A DNA stretch of 64,000 nt from Macrostomum lignano (taxonomy: Eukaryota), in NCBI GenBank assembly GCA_002269645.1, contig NIVC01000264.1, positions 248,001-312,000 on the forward strand, given 5' to 3'. A program made the translations under genes and the position numbers. The notes under the pieces are model-generated. The model saw only the letters and a list, made by a program, of their open reading frames with translations. It was not told where the DNA came from and searched no databases. Positions 61,401 to 64,000 of this stretch are shown piece after piece. Each line of letters opens with the position of its first letter. The first letter of the stretch is position 1.

Positions 61401-62414
61401 ATCATGCTCAAGCCTAGTCTCATCATGCTCAAGCCTATTCTCATAATTCTCAATACTAGTCTCATCATGCTCAATCCTAGTCTCATCATTCTCAAGCCTA
61501 GTCTCATCATGCTCAAGCCTATTCTCATAATTCTCAATACTAGTCTCATCATGCTCAAGCCTAGTCTCATCATGCTCAAGCCTAGTCTCATCATGCTCAA
61601 GCCTATTCTCATAATTCTCAATACTAGTCTCATCATGCTCAATCCTAGTCTCATCATTCTCAAGCCTAGTCTCATCATGCTCAAGCCTATTCTCATAATT
61701 CTCAATACTAGTCTCATCATGCTCAATCCTAGTCTCATCATTCTCAAGCCTAGTCTCATCATTCTCAAGCCTAGTCTCATCATGCTCAATCCTAGTCTTA
61801 TCATGCTCAATCCTGGTCTCATCATGCTCAAGCATAGTCTCATCATGCTCAAGCATAGTCTCATCATGCTCAAGCCTAGTCTCATCATTCTCAAGCATAG
61901 TCTCATCATGCTCAAGCCTAGTCTCATCATTCTCAAGCATAGTCTCCTCATGCTCAAGCCTAGTCTCATCATGCTCAAGCCTAGTCTCATCATGCTCAAG
62001 CCTAGTCTCACCATGCATAATTGTCATCAGAAGTAATTGAATTGAAATTTCTCTATCAAAATTTCAAACCTTCCGAAAAACAACAGCTAAGATGACCAGG
62101 ACATTTCCTATGCTGCCGAGAGTTGTTCCGGTGAACAGAATCAACAGGCCAGGAAAAGTCACCTCTGCGAATGTCGGGAAATATTAAAGAGGCAATTTAA
62201 AAAGATTAGCTAATGCACTCATGACCCAATCAATCTGCATACGTCTAGCTAATGGGGTCTAAACCTGGAAGCAAGTTACCAGCAAATCCGTGTCCCCAGA
62301 CCAATCTAAATAATGCATTAAAACACAAAATTAATCAAGGAACTCACCGGGCATGACATAAAGCAGACTCTCCTTTGTGTAGTTGTATGAGACTCCTAAT
62401 CCAGAGATGTCCAT
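58448..62414 (-). CDS. Class A GPCR, melatonin-receptor-like, 4 exons
   Basis: Exons 62414-62348 (MDISG...NYT), 62164-62070 (TM1 ...GSIGNVLVILAV), 60292-60202 (TM2 NLAVADL), 59424-58448 (NRYVHICH, SFACLW, VTWTPY, HFNSTVNFLVYG). Phases are compatible. Confidence 0.85.
60330..62012 (+). repeat. 21-bp minisatellite (CTCATCATGCTCAAGCCTAGT)n, ~1.7 kb, in GPCR intron 2
   Basis: Direct reading, with higher-order variant blocks. Confidence 0.95.
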
Positions 62415-62461
62415 TCCACAGAGCGGCACCTGCTATGAAGAAAGGGAGATAGGAATGACTT

Positions 62462-63222
62462 GAGGAGAGGAGAGGAGTGGAGAGGAGAGGAGAGGAGAGG
62501 AGATCAGAGGAGAGGAGAGGAGAGGAGTTGAGAGGAGAGGAGAGGAGAGGAGAGGAGTTGAGGGGAGAGGAGAGGAGAGGAGAGGAGAGGAGATCAGAGG
62601 AGAGGAGAAGAGAGGAGAGGAGTTGAGAGGAGAGGAGAGGAGAGGAGAGGAGAGGAGTTGAGGGGAGAGGAGAGGAGAGGAGAGGAGAGGAGAGGAGAGG
62701 AGAGGAGTTGAGAGGAGAGGAGAGGAGAGGAGTTGAGAGGAGAGGAGAGGAGAGGAGAGGAGAGGAGAGGAGAGGAGAGGAGAGGAGTTGAGAGGAGAGG
62801 AGAGGAGAGGAGAGGAGAGGAGAGGAGAGGAGAGGAGAGGAGAGGAGAGGAGAGGAGAGGAGAGGAGAGGAGAGGAGAGGAGAGGAGAGGAGAGGAGAGG
62901 AGAGGAGAGGAGAGGAGAGAGGAGGAGAGGAGAGGAGAGGAGAGGAGAGGAGAGGAGAGGAGAGGAGAGGAGAGGAGAGGAGAGGAGAGGAGAGGAGAGG
63001 AGAGGAGAGGAGAGGAGAGGAGAGGAGAGGAGAGGAGAGGAGAGGAGAGGAGAGGAGAGGAGAGGAGAGGAGAGGAGAGGAGAGGAGAGGAGAGGAGAGG
63101 AGAGGAGAGGAGAGGAGAGGAGAGGAGAGGAGAGGAGAGGAGAGGAGACGAGAGTAGAGAAAAGGAGAGGAGAGGAGAGGAGAGGAGACGAGAGTAGAGA
63201 AAAGGAGAGGAGAGGAGAGTGG
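62462..63222 (+). repeat. (GGAGA)n microsatellite
   Basis: Direct reading; same motif as 15673-15812 on the opposite strand. Confidence 0.95.
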
Positions 63223-63304
63223 GGGGAGGAGAAGCACAACGCTGAACATGTGCTCAACTGTTTCCTTAGCAGACAGTAAAAGTTAGCCACACAATCCAGA
63301 GCTC

Positions 63305-63615
63305 GGGAATCGGGAACTGCCATGGTTTACAATCGGGGAAACTGCCATGGTTTACAATCGGGATTCACCATGGTTTACAATCGGGGAAACTGCCATGGTT
63401 CACAATCGCGATTTGCAATGGTTTACAATCGGGATTTGCCATGGTTCACAATCAGGATTTGCCATGGTTTACAATCAGGATTTGCCATGGTTCACAATCA
63501 GGATTTGCCATGGTTTACAATCGGAGAACTGCCATGGTTTACAATCGGGAACTGCCATGGTTTACAATCGGGAACTGCCATGGTTTGCAATCGGGGGAAC
63601 TGCCATGGTTACAAC
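63305..63615 (+). repeat. ~22-bp minisatellite (GCCATGGTTTACAATCGGGAACT-like)
   Basis: Direct reading. Confidence 0.9.
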
Positions 63616-64000
63616 TTACAAGAAGATTATAATGATTAGCAAAGCAAGCAGTACATTGCCGCTTTCTTGTGCAAACAAAACTTTGTCTTTTACCTGTCTG
63701 CAAACGCGAAATGAAGGCTCTAAAAATTAAGTTGATGAAGCTGCAGCCTCTATTGGATTTCCAGACGGAGCTCCGACTGAAGCAGCCAGTATTATTGCAC
63801 CGAGTAAGGCGACTCAAAATTTTACAGCTCTAGCGTGCCTTTCCTACCCTTGAGCTGCGATTGGTCAGTGTTGAGCAATAGAAATTTTCAAATACATGAA
63901 ATTTACAGCCTAAATTTTTCAATAGATAGAATCCGTTCTGTTCGGTTATTGATGGAAGTGGATTTGATTGAAATTGTTTAAACTCACCGAATAGGAATAG

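Noticed and set aside
60324-62036. Long ORFs (443 aa HDETRLE..., IMLKPSL...)
   Set aside because: Translation of a stop-free 21-bp minisatellite inside a GPCR intron; open in several frames on both strands.
62344-63323. LSSPL / RGEER repeat ORFs
   Set aside because: Products of the (GGAGA)n microsatellite; the real GPCR exon 62414-62348 is in a different frame.

Overview
Eukaryotic, intron-rich, minisatellite-laden animal DNA. The composition and repeat style suggest a free-living flatworm such as Macrostomum; this is inference, not a database hit. (1) 0-27.7 kb: a tandem/inverted cluster of one family of type I membrane receptors. Spliced by hand, they read signal peptide + F-type-lectin-like (discoidin-fold) domain + 1-3 atypical Ig exons + Cys-containing juxtamembrane domain + TM + Tyr-motif tail. 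Three copies are complete and apparently intact (7387-10120 minus, 19044-23404 plus, 24250-27706 plus), one runs off the left edge, one is a pseudogene, and there are several fragments. They are interspersed with a near-intact Ty3/Gypsy element, LINE 3' ends and tRNA-SINEs. (2) 29.3-46.4 kb: a 9-exon TBCD gene and a DNPH1/Rcl gene, both minus strand. Each begins at an in-frame phase-0 splice acceptor with no visible upstream ATG exon, which makes them a candidate trans-spliced operon. TBCD introns carry a P-element (THAP transposase, 8-bp TSD), a long-TIR mariner and a different minisatellite in nearly every intron. (3) 47-64 kb: mariner- and P-type MITEs, satellites and a 4-exon melatonin-receptor-like GPCR. 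The receptor cluster is the main candidate for an undescribed system.
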